A stretch of 64,000 nt of DNA from Candidatus Parcubacteria bacterium (GTDB lineage: Bacteria; Patescibacteriota; Saccharimonadia; UBA4664; JBIOIQ01), in assembly GCA_963718875.1 (NCBI GenBank), contig OY970378.1:388631-452630 (forward strand), written 5' to 3'. This document shows positions 17,517 to 26,345 of the stretch, one piece after another (the stretch's first letter is position 1; the number at the start of each line of letters is the position of its first letter). The position numbers and the translations under genes are program-made. The notes beneath the pieces were generated by a model. It saw only the letters and a list, made by a program, of their open reading frames with translations. It had not been told where the DNA came from and ran no database searches.

Positions 17517-19835
17517 ATGAAAGTATTAGCGAGTTGGTTAAATGAATATTTGTCAACAAAAGTTGACGCAAAAACGGCTGCCGAACGCTTGACAGCGGCT
17601 GGCATAGAGATTGAACAAATAATTGGTTCAATAAAGCTGGATAGAAAAATTGTTGTGGCGCAAGTTAATAAAGTTATTCAGCATCCAAACGCAGACCGTC
17701 TTAAAGTGGTTGAAGTTGATATGGGTACTGGAGTTGTTCAGGTTGTATGTGGTGGGCCAAATGTTGCTAGCCGCCAAAATGTAGCTTTGGCGTTGCCTGG
17801 GGCAAAACTTCCGGATGGCAAAATTATTGAAAAAGCGCTTATACGAGGCGAAAACTCAGAAGGAATGATATGCAGTGCTTTTGAACTCGGCTTAGGAGAT
17901 GATCATGAAGGCATTATGGTGCTTGATTCTGGATTGACACTTGGCGCAACATTGTGCGACATAGTGGATTTTGGCGATATCTTAGACTTGACTACGGCTG
18001 CTAATAGATCAGACCTACTTTGTACAGTAGGGTTGGCTCGAGAAGTGGCTGCTCAAGGCGGGGAAGTTGCATTAGAGCCAATAATTGAGGCCAAGGAATT
18101 TAAGGTTAATGAGGGAATGATCGGTGAGCTAGACGGAGGTCAGGTTAAAAAATATGTACTTACTCATGTCAAATTAAACAAAAACGGGGATAGTCCGCAA
18201 TGGATGCAGCAGCGGTTGCGGGCTGCGGGACTGCGTCCTATAAATACTGTTGTAGATATTACCAACTACGTTATGTTGGAGCTGGGTCAACCGTTGCATG
18301 CGTTTGATAGTAGGAAAGTAACATTGCCAATAAGTGCTCACTCCCCTGGCGAAAACACCAACCTGACTATTTTAGACGGCTCTATACGCGGACTCTCCCC
18401 TAACGATCTTGTAATTTTTGACAAAAATGGTCCTATAGCTTTGGCCGGTCTTATGGGGGGCAAACTTAGTGAAATAACTTCAACAACTAAGGAAATTTAT
18501 CTTGAATCGGCTTGTTTTGACGGGACTAAGGTGCGAAAAATGGCGGTTCGTCAAGGGTTACGGACTGATGCCAGTTCCCGCTTTGAACGTAATCTGCCTC
18601 TCCCCCTTGTAGCTCTTGGTATGAGGCGTGCAATTGAATTGTTAGAAGAATTATGTGATGCCCAGATTACGGCAATTTCCAGTGTTGAGCCCCCCCTATC
18701 CCCGGCTGGGACACTGGAGGTTTCTTTGGATCGAATTAACGCCCGACTGGGCATTAATGTGACCCAACAACAAGCTGTTTTGGCATTATCAAACTTAGGG
18801 TTTGAAATAAATGGTAGCGACCAAAGGTTTAACCTCTCTATCCCCTGGTGGCGAACCGATGTTTTGGATGAGGCAGATATTGTGGAAGAGCTAGGTAGAA
18901 GCATTGGCTATGATGCCCTACCCCCCACACTTCCTACCTGGACACCTACAAAGGTAGACTTTGATGAGTATTGGCCAAAACTTTGGCGGCTTAAGGCGCT
19001 TTTGCGTGGTTTGGGCTTGGACGAAGTAGTTACCTACTCTTTTGTAAGCGAGAAACAGTTGGATGACTTTAATCATGATAAGCAAAGCCATTTAAAGCTT
19101 AAGAACCCCCTTTCGGTAGAGCAAGCTTACTTACGTAGCAGTTTGGCGCCCAGTTTGGTGGCAACAGTAGCGCGTAATGCTCGGAACTTCCCTAGCTTTG
19201 GTATATATGAGATTTCTAAAGTATATTTAGCGACAGATGATCATACGCAACAGCCGGCTGAGCCAATGCGTTTGGGTGTAGCGTGGCGAATTGATAACCC
19301 GTATGCAAAGGTAAAGAGCGTAGTAGATACTTTATCTCGTGATTTTGCACAGTTTAAGGTTAAGCCGAATGAAAACTCTATTTTCACGCATGGTAAAAGT
19401 GCACAAATCTTGTTGGATAATCAGCCAATTGGCTGGATTGGTGAAATTAACAAGGCCATTTTGAAAAGCAATAAAATTACTAGTGATGTAGGCTATCTGG
19501 AAATTGACTTGATGCCGTGGCTGACACAGCCAAATAGTAAAAAAGCTACCCCAATAAGTCGCTTCCCTGCTATTACCCGAGACTTATCGATTATTGTGAG
19601 TTCTGACAAGCTATGGAGTGACATTAATGAAATTGTGCAAAATGCCAACGTAGGAAAAGTTGAATACTTAAATGAGTATTATGGTTTGGATTTGGAGAAA
19701 GGTACAAAAAGTGTGTCTATGCGGTTAACCTTTAGTTCTCTAGAGCGGACCTTGGCAGATGGGGAGGCCGATGCGGCGACTGTGAAGGCGATGGACGCAT
19801 TATCGCAAGAACTTGGGGCAATTCAGAGGGGTTAA
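17517..19835 (+). CDS. pheT: phenylalanyl-tRNA synthetase beta subunit
   Basis: N-terminal tRNA-binding (EMAPII-like) region (VVAQVNKVIQHPNADRLKVVEVDMG), B3/4 and B5 regions, C-terminal FDSA-like domain; adjacent to pheS. Confidence 0.9.
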   Translation: MKVLASWLNEYLSTKVDAKTAAERLTAAGIEIEQIIGSIKLDRKIVVAQVNKVIQHPNADRLKVVEVDMGTGVVQVVCGGPNVASRQNVALALPGAKLPDGKIIEKALIRGENSEGMICSAFELGLGDDHEGIMVLDSGLTLGATLCDIVDFGDILDLTTAANRSDLLCTVGLAREVAAQGGEVALEPIIEAKEFKVNEGMIGELDGGQVKKYVLTHVKLNKNGDSPQWMQQRLRAAGLRPINTVVDITNYVMLELGQPLHAFDSRKVTLPISAHSPGENTNLTILDGSIRGLSPNDLVIFDKNGPIALAGLMGGKLSEITSTTKEIYLESACFDGTKVRKMAVRQGLRTDASSRFERNLPLPLVALGMRRAIELLEELCDAQITAISSVEPPLSPAGTLEVSLDRINARLGINVTQQQAVLALSNLGFEINGSDQRFNLSIPWWRTDVLDEADIVEELGRSIGYDALPPTLPTWTPTKVDFDEYWPKLWRLKALLRGLGLDEVVTYSFVSEKQLDDFNHDKQSHLKLKNPLSVEQAYLRSSLAPSLVATVARNARNFPSFGIYEISKVYLATDDHTQQPAEPMRLGVAWRIDNPYAKVKSVVDTLSRDFAQFKVKPNENSIFTHGKSAQILLDNQPIGWIGEINKAILKSNKITSDVGYLEIDLMPWLTQPNSKKATPISRFPAITRDLSIIVSSDKLWSDINEIVQNANVGKVEYLNEYYGLDLEKGTKSVSMRLTFSSLERTLADGEADAATVKAMDALSQELGAIQRG

Positions 19836-20007
19836 AGTAGGAATCAGGGATTAGTAGATAGGTTTACCTTTCTCCATTGCCCCCATCTATTGGTCCTTGA
19901 TCTTTTCATCTGATGTATAATGATACTACCCTGTAGCTAATCTGCTACACAAGATCTGCTGCGTTTTTTCGTCGGCTGACGGATGACGGGCGGGAGGGAG
20001 TACCCAA

Positions 20008-20649
20008 ATGACCACTACGCTTGTTGGCACCCCGGATCCTGAAGACCGAGGTGATGGCGACTCAGAGGAGAACGCAGTAAATCCCGTACCTCAACACGAG
20101 CGGATGCCTCGTAGACGGGATTCCAAGACATTCAGTTTTCGCGTGGCCGACTGTCATGGCTATGTAACTGTTGGGTTGTACGACGACGGTAGGCCCGGAG
20201 AGATTTTTCTTCGGCTCACTAAGCAAGGCACTACTTTGGCGGGAGTATTGGATGCCTTTGCGTCAGCCGTGAGTATTGGCTTGCAGTGCGGCATTTCACT
20301 GCGTGCATATGTACAAATGTACATAAACATGCGATTCGAGCCAGCGGGGATAACTGCTGATCCCGAGATTCGTTTCGCCAGCTCCGTAATTGATTATGTG
20401 TTTCGTCGGCTGGCACTGGAATATATGCCGTTCGATGAACGGGCACAGCTGGGTATTTTGACTACCACAGAAAGGTTGCATCCAGTATCAGATCAAGGTC
20501 CTTTGCCAGGGGAAGAGCCAGACGTGGACCAAGGCACTTCGCCACAATCGAAGGACGCCCCGTACTGCTACGTCTGTGGTGTAGTGATGCAGCGGGCGGG
20601 AGCCTGTTTCGTCTGCAGCAGCTGCGGTACCACTAGCGGCTGTTCGTAG
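20008..20649 (+). CDS. orphan C-terminal fragment of adenosylcobalamin-dependent (class II) ribonucleotide reductase, NrdJb-like; GC-rich
   Basis: HGYVTVGLYDDGRPGEIFLRLTKQGTTLAGVLDAFASAVSIGLQCGISLRAYVQMYINMRFEPAG and a C-terminal Cys cluster (CYVCG...CFVCSSCG) match the last 200 aa of NrdJ. GC is about 55 percent against a backbone near 43 percent. No N-terminal partner gene is in the window. Confidence 0.55.
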   Translation: MTTTLVGTPDPEDRGDGDSEENAVNPVPQHERMPRRRDSKTFSFRVADCHGYVTVGLYDDGRPGEIFLRLTKQGTTLAGVLDAFASAVSIGLQCGISLRAYVQMYINMRFEPAGITADPEIRFASSVIDYVFRRLALEYMPFDERAQLGILTTTERLHPVSDQGPLPGEEPDVDQGTSPQSKDAPYCYVCGVVMQRAGACFVCSSCGTTSGCS

Positions 20650-20730
20650 TCGTACAAAACGTTCGATGGGTTGGCCCGGCTTCCTCTGGGGGATGCTCGG
20701 GTCGACCTAGATTTTTGTTGAAGCAACGGG

Positions 20731-20760
20731 TTGTCTACCCGTAACCATAAGTGGTATAAT
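20731..20760 (+). promoter_or_regulatory. promoter TTGTCT-18 nt-TGgTATAAT with the ATG (20767) 7 nt downstream of the -10 (putative leaderless)
   Basis: -35 at 20731-20736, extended -10 at 20752-20760; the in-frame ATG at 20731 listed in the ORF track lies inside this promoter. Confidence 0.4.
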
Positions 20761-20766
20761 TTATTC

Positions 20767-21204
20767 ATGAATCCAACTCAACCAACACCGGCTCCATCAC
20801 CAGAGCTGCCAAAAGTACCTCAAGTAGAAAACATACCTAATAACCAACCTTCAGCTCCGGAACAACCTGCTGCGACAGAGGCAGCTCCGCAACCGGGACA
20901 GGCAGTGGTTATGCCTACATCTGTGGCGGCCGTACCTACTCCGCCTTCAGTCACGCCTGTTGTTCCACCTCTGGTGGCTACATCCCCGGCTGTTCCAGTT
21001 GTGCCGGGGCCTGCTATTGCCGATGACGTTGATGTGATTGAAAAAGAATGGGTCGACCAAGCCAATGCAATTATTGCGGCTACCAAGGAAGATCCTTACA
21101 AAGAAGAAGAAGCCATTGAGGACTTGCAGGTTGATTACATGAACAAGCGCTACGGTAAAGTGATTAAGAAAGACGAGCCAAAAGACAATGGACCACAAAC
21201 GTAA
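20767..21204 (+). CDS. proline/alanine/valine-rich hypothetical protein
   Basis: Low-complexity P/A/V-rich N-terminal two-thirds with a conserved-looking charged C-terminal tail. The start is set at 20767 because of the promoter; the ORF track alternative is 20731. Confidence 0.4.
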   Translation: MNPTQPTPAPSPELPKVPQVENIPNNQPSAPEQPAATEAAPQPGQAVVMPTSVAAVPTPPSVTPVVPPLVATSPAVPVVPGPAIADDVDVIEKEWVDQANAIIAATKEDPYKEEEAIEDLQVDYMNKRYGKVIKKDEPKDNGPQT

Positions 21205-21238
21205 ACACTATAGTGGTAAAAGCTAAAGACGGAGCTAT

Positions 21239-24200
21239 ATGGTTGCAGTAGTCCTAGTTATTTTAATATTGGCTATAGGTTTTGCGTGCGTTGCCTATGT
21301 GCTTTATCGGCGAACTTTACGCAGGGCAAAAAACATTGAGCGTGGCCTCAAAATGGTGCCTTTATTGATCCATTTGCCGCCTAGAAGTGCTGACACTGAG
21401 GCTGGTTCGCGGGACGTGCGTGAAGTGATGCGGGAAAAGGTGGCGCAAGCCGAGGTTTTGTATAATCTTATATCTGGTACAGCCACAACTGGATTTAAAA
21501 GCCGATTTTATGGTCAACGCCACGTTGCATTGGAAATTATAGCGACTGACGGAATGGTACATTTTTACGCGGCTGTACCGATAGCGTTGGTGCCGGTCAT
21601 CACTAACGCTATTCAAACTGCCTATGCAGGGGCAAAAATTGAAGAGGCCGAAGACCATAACATCTTTAACCCACACGGAAAGTTATCAAGTACTGCTGGC
21701 GGTGAACTGGTACTTAAGGCTAAGGCTGCCTACCCAATTGCAACAATTGAAAAACTGGAGCGGGATCCCATAGAAGCTCTTATAAATGCCTTGAGTAACT
21801 TAAAGCCTGGTGAAGGTGTCGGTATTCAGATTATGCTTCGCCCAGCCGCTAAGGGGTGGGAGAAAAAAAGCCTAGAGCTGGTTAAAAAAATGCGACATCA
21901 TGCTGGGGCGAAAGCTTCTTCTACCTATAGTACCCGTGATGTTTTAATGGCGGCGGTTAAAGCTCCTGAAGAGCGCCGCCAAGAAGTTGCAGCTAATTCT
22001 CCGCAAGCTCTATATATGAGCGACTTAGAACAGTCGGTCGTAAAAGCTATCGAAGAAAAAACTACTTTGGCTGCTTATGAAAGTTTGGTAAGAGTGTTGG
22101 TTTCGGCTAATAGCGCCCAAGAAGCGCAAAATTTACTACGTGAGGTAAGCTCTAGCTTCTCATTGCTGGATGCCCCTGGGCTTAACGGCTTTAAGTTTTT
22201 GCCTGCGAATGACATTGCCGGCTTGGTAACGGCTTTTATATTGCGTTTTTTCCCTCCAGAACTAAATCACACCATACTTAATAGTAAGGAACTGGCAACT
22301 TTGTTCCATTTGCCCGACGCCCAGTTTACGGCAAATTCGGAAGTTGAGCGACTGGCGAGCAAAGAGGTGGACGGACCGCCAGCTATTCCCTCCACTGGCC
22401 TATTGATGGGATATAACATTTTTCGAGGGACTAAAAAAGAAATTCATCTTTCGCCTGAGGACCGTCGCAGGCATACCTACATTGTAGGACAAACCGGTAC
22501 AGGTAAAAGTACTATCTTACAGAATTTGGCGGTTCAAGACATGCTGGCAGGCAATGGCTTTGCTTTTATTGACCCTCATGGTGATGAGGCAGAAAAAATG
22601 CTTTCAATGGTGCCCAAAAACCGCTCTGAAGATGTAATTTATTTTAATCCAGGGGATACCGATCATCCGTTAGGACTGAATTTATTTGAGTTTAGTGACC
22701 CGGCGCAGAAAGATTTTTTGATTCAAGAAACTATTAATATGCTTTATAAGCTGTACGATCCGAATGGAACGGGTGTTATTGGTCCTCGGTTTGAACAATG
22801 GTTTCGTAATGCCGCCCTTACACTGATGAGTGATCCAAATGGGGCTACTTTTATTGAAATTCCAAAAGTCTTTACTGATAACGATTATCTCAAGCAAAAG
22901 TTCAAATACATTCAAGACCCAACAGTTATGGAGTTTTGGACTAAAGAAATGGGCCAAACCAGCGACTACCATAAAAGTGAAATGTTGGGTTATTTTGTAA
23001 GTAAGTTTGGTGCGTTTCAGCAAAATGAAATTATGCGTAATATTATTGGCCAAACCAAAAGCGCATTTAACCTGCGTGACATTATGGATAACAAAAAAAT
23101 CCTAATTGTAAACTTGAGTAAGGGTAAATTGGGCGAGCTTAACTCGAGGTTGTTAGGTATGATGTTTGTAATTAAATTCCAGGCGGCGGCTATGAGTCGT
23201 GCAAATGTCCCTGAGGCTGACAGACCGGATTTTTGCTTATATGTAGACGAGTTCCAAAATTTTTCAACCGATTCATTTGCTTCAATTTTGAGTGAAGCTC
23301 GTAAATATCATTTGAACTTGATTGTGGCGAACCAGTTTATAGGGCAGCTCAGTGATGAAATTCGGGACGCAGTGTTTGGCAACGTTGGGACTATTATGAG
23401 CTACCGAACTGGCCCGGAAGATGCGGAGTTTTTAGTTAAGCAGTTTGCTCCTATTTTTGATGCTCACGATATGGTCAATATACCCAACCACAATGCCGTT
23501 ATCCGACTGATGATTAGCGGGTTACCTTCACAGCCCTTTAGCATAACAGCTTTACCGCCGCTGGGAGTCGAAAATCCAGAGCTGGGCGAAGCCATGAAAC
23601 AGTTGTCGAGGGCTAAGTTTGGTTCAAGTCGAGCGCAGGTGGAACAGGAGATATTTGCGCGATTGAGTAGTAAGCCAGTGCAATCTCCAATTGCGAGCCA
23701 AACACCTGTAGCTGGGTTAAATTCAGGCGTACCACAGCCAACTTCTATGCCTAATCCACAATCGCCAATGTCGGCACTGCCTGGTCCCAATAGAGCTTTG
23801 CCTGGGGCTGCAGTTGGTGGTATTAATCCTACGGTAGCACCGGTTTTGTCTGGCAGCTCTTCGTCTCCAGTACCTTCTACGTCTACAGCGATGCCTGCAC
23901 AACCAAGAGTAGCTTCCGCTTCGGTCTTAAAACCGCTGGATAGCCAGCCTATAGTAGACACCCAGGCTCCTGGAGCAAATCCCAATAATGTTGCCACAAC
24001 TAACCCTACAGCTATAAGTCTGTTAACTCCAGCTTCGGTAGTAGGCGCGCCGCCTGCATCTTTGGTTTCTGTGGCGCCACCTAACGATAAAATAGATAAA
24101 AGCCAAGCTCAGGGGCAACCTCCTTCAAGTCAGGTAGCTCCGGTAGTTTCGCTGCACCATGATGCCGTTCCGCCAGCGCCGGCATCTATTCCGGCAAGTC

Positions 24201-25726
24201 CCAGCACCTTAAACACAGGTTACAGTTTTCAAAAGTCTGCTAGCCCGGTCGCTCAGCCAAACCAGCCCTTACCTTCTCCAGATGTTTCTACATCTGCACC
24301 TAATCAATTTGAAAAACCACAGTTGGTTCCTATCCCAATAGCTCGCGCTCAGTCCGAAAAAACAATCGCGCCTAGATTAGACCCTGTACAGGATATTCCT
24401 GGCGAAGGTAGTTTAAATGAGTCAGTCATTAAGCCGCCAACTCCAGTATTGAATTCGGCTCTTACGCCCGCCCGAGAAGTTCAATCACTGCCTTTTAATG
24501 CCACTACTGCTGATGCGGCAATCCCAGTTCGTCCAGCTGTTGTAGCTGCTCCTGCGACACATTCGAGTATGGCTAACCAACCAATTTCGCATTTGGCTAC
24601 CACACCCACACCCACACCCACACCCACACCCACACCCACACCCACACCCACACCCACACCCACACCCACACCCACACCCACACCCACACCCACACCCACA
24701 CCCACACCCACACCCACACCCACACCCACACCCACACCCACACCCACACCCACACCCACACCCACACCCACACCCACACCCACTATTGATAAACCGAAAA
24801 ATGAGCCAGCTTTAGATTTAGAAAAATATCAAATTACAATTGCACCTGCTTTTCAGCAGTTGAGAGATAAACCTTTTGAGGCGCAAAATTCGGGGGCAAT
24901 GATTGCTTCTGAGTTATCATCAAATCCGATGTCGATGCCTTTGCCAGTAGCCGATAAACCTCAGTTTCATGGGGAGCAAGTTGTGGCGGAAAAGCCGCAA
25001 GATAAGATTATAGATTCTGTAGCGTCTCAAAGCAGCCATGACGATGTAAATAATGTTTTTGCTGCTCAAACTTCTTTAGAAAAGTCAGATCAGATGGGCT
25101 CAGCGATAGCCGAACCTGGTCCAGGCCAGGAAGCTCTTATTCCGCCGCCGCAATCCAGTGAAAAAAAATCAACTTTGTCCGAGTCTGATACTGTTGATCA
25201 CCACGAATCTGTGATCAAACACGATCCCAAAGGACGGTTGATTGTTACGCCTAGGCCCGCAGTAGAATGGTTGCCTGAGGAGAAAACCGATAGCCTTCCG
25301 CCGCCCGCTAAGGAGCCATACAAACCGGCATTGGAGGCTTTGGCAGCTTTGGACAAACAAAAGGCTTTAGAGGCAGCGGCAGCCAAGGCTAGAGCCGATG
25401 CGGAAGTTAAATTAGAAGCCGAGGTCAAGCGACCCACGACTATTAAAGCAAATCTTAAAAAAGTTAAAGCTGAAGCTAAGCCTATGGGTAAGGCTATTGA
25501 CTCAGCTAAGGCAGAAAAAATTATTAAGCCTATCCGTTCAGGTGCTACGCGTCACAATCCACCAACTCCCACAATTATTCTACCCAGTAAAAATCCAGAT
25601 ACAGTAACGCCCCAGGTTGGGTTGTCAACTGTAAATCAGCCACCTACTCCAGTAATAGAAAAACCATCGGTATTGGCTCCAGGAGAAATATATGTGGACG
25701 AAAAGGGCAACGTAGTTACGGGCTAA
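21239..25726 (+). CDS. large membrane-anchored P-loop ATPase of the TraD/TraG/VirD4 (type IV coupling protein-like) family with a roughly 750-aa disordered Pro/Ser/Thr/Ala-rich C-terminal tail
   Basis: N-terminal TM helix. Walker A YIVGQTGTGKST, FIDPHGD (the DPKGD-like motif of coupling proteins), Walker B LYVDEFQNF, and NLIVANQ. The tail contains (TP)n and a Lys/Ala-rich segment. Confidence 0.65.
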   Translation: MVAVVLVILILAIGFACVAYVLYRRTLRRAKNIERGLKMVPLLIHLPPRSADTEAGSRDVREVMREKVAQAEVLYNLISGTATTGFKSRFYGQRHVALEIIATDGMVHFYAAVPIALVPVITNAIQTAYAGAKIEEAEDHNIFNPHGKLSSTAGGELVLKAKAAYPIATIEKLERDPIEALINALSNLKPGEGVGIQIMLRPAAKGWEKKSLELVKKMRHHAGAKASSTYSTRDVLMAAVKAPEERRQEVAANSPQALYMSDLEQSVVKAIEEKTTLAAYESLVRVLVSANSAQEAQNLLREVSSSFSLLDAPGLNGFKFLPANDIAGLVTAFILRFFPPELNHTILNSKELATLFHLPDAQFTANSEVERLASKEVDGPPAIPSTGLLMGYNIFRGTKKEIHLSPEDRRRHTYIVGQTGTGKSTILQNLAVQDMLAGNGFAFIDPHGDEAEKMLSMVPKNRSEDVIYFNPGDTDHPLGLNLFEFSDPAQKDFLIQETINMLYKLYDPNGTGVIGPRFEQWFRNAALTLMSDPNGATFIEIPKVFTDNDYLKQKFKYIQDPTVMEFWTKEMGQTSDYHKSEMLGYFVSKFGAFQQNEIMRNIIGQTKSAFNLRDIMDNKKILIVNLSKGKLGELNSRLLGMMFVIKFQAAAMSRANVPEADRPDFCLYVDEFQNFSTDSFASILSEARKYHLNLIVANQFIGQLSDEIRDAVFGNVGTIMSYRTGPEDAEFLVKQFAPIFDAHDMVNIPNHNAVIRLMISGLPSQPFSITALPPLGVENPELGEAMKQLSRAKFGSSRAQVEQEIFARLSSKPVQSPIASQTPVAGLNSGVPQPTSMPNPQSPMSALPGPNRALPGAAVGGINPTVAPVLSGSSSSPVPSTSTAMPAQPRVASASVLKPLDSQPIVDTQAPGANPNNVATTNPTAISLLTPASVVGAPPASLVSVAPPNDKIDKSQAQGQPPSSQVAPVVSLHHDAVPPAPASIPASPSTLNTGYSFQKSASPVAQPNQPLPSPDVSTSAPNQFEKPQLVPIPIARAQSEKTIAPRLDPVQDIPGEGSLNESVIKPPTPVLNSALTPAREVQSLPFNATTADAAIPVRPAVVAAPATHSSMANQPISHLATTPTPTPTPTPTPTPTPTPTPTPTPTPTPTPTPTPTPTPTPTPTPTPTPTPTPTPTPTPTPTIDKPKNEPALDLEKYQITIAPAFQQLRDKPFEAQNSGAMIASELSSNPMSMPLPVADKPQFHGEQVVAEKPQDKIIDSVASQSSHDDVNNVFAAQTSLEKSDQMGSAIAEPGPGQEALIPPPQSSEKKSTLSESDTVDHHESVIKHDPKGRLIVTPRPAVEWLPEEKTDSLPPPAKEPYKPALEALAALDKQKALEAAAAKARADAEVKLEAEVKRPTTIKANLKKVKAEAKPMGKAIDSAKAEKIIKPIRSGATRHNPPTPTIILPSKNPDTVTPQVGLSTVNQPPTPVIEKPSVLAPGEIYVDEKGNVVTG
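24599..24783 (+). repeat. perfect hexanucleotide microsatellite (CACACC)x30 inside the CDS, encoding (Thr-Pro)n
   Basis: Three consecutive 60-nt sequence lines are identical and consist solely of CACACC units; the repeat is in frame (2 codons per unit). Confidence 0.95.
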
Positions 25727-25791
25727 GCAAATAATGCTTATATATGTGCTAATATTTGAGCTTTTTGGGGGTATTGCTAGGTACGTGTTTT

Positions 25792-26337
25792 TTAGCGTTT
25801 AGGCTTAATAATTTTAGCTAATCCTTCGATAATAAGACCAAGGACTCCTCCGACTACTAGTGACAGAATAAATTCTGAGCCAGACAAGCTAAATCCGCCG
25901 ACTCTAGCTGTTACGTATAAAAATCCACCTAGTAGTGCGGCGGTGGTGGTGGCTCCGAGCAAAACCGAGGGTCTTGCAACCGTAGCACCGGCTATCTCGC
26001 TAGTTTTTTCGACGGTCGGACTATGAATTACTTTACTAAACTGGCGACTGGCTGGCGATAGGTGTCGCTGAAGGCTTCGAAGCGTATCAACGTATGCTAC
26101 TTCTTTGTCTAGACGCGTAGGTTTGTTGGTGACTATAGTGTCTTTTTCAGCCGCTGATGCCTGTGGTTCCGGTTGTTGTTCTAGTTTTAAACGGGCTGCT
26201 TCCAGTTGCTCGAACCGTTCATTTCGGCCTTCTTCTAGTTGTTCTGGGCTAAGCTCGCGACGTTCAGGCCCCTGAAGCTGTTCGTTGCCTTCAGGAGTTT
26301 TAGCTAATTCTGGGTTTTTAGATTCGTATTCTGGCAT
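25792..26337 (-). CDS. hypothetical membrane protein (acidic N-terminal region, two C-terminal TM helices)
   Basis: ORF immediately downstream of the LPXTG protein gene on the same strand; charged coiled-coil-like N-terminus, hydrophobic C-terminus. Confidence 0.4.
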   Translation of the reverse strand: MPEYESKNPELAKTPEGNEQLQGPERRELSPEQLEEGRNERFEQLEAARLKLEQQPEPQASAAEKDTIVTNKPTRLDKEVAYVDTLRSLQRHLSPASRQFSKVIHSPTVEKTSEIAGATVARPSVLLGATTTAALLGGFLYVTARVGGFSLSGSEFILSLVVGGVLGLIIEGLAKIIKPKR

Positions 26338-26345
26338 TGGTACCT

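Noticed and set aside
24599-24783. Perfect tandem repeat array that could be mistaken for a CRISPR array
   Set aside because: The unit is only 6 nt with no spacers, it lies in frame inside a long CDS, and it encodes (TP)n; it is a coding microsatellite, not a CRISPR.
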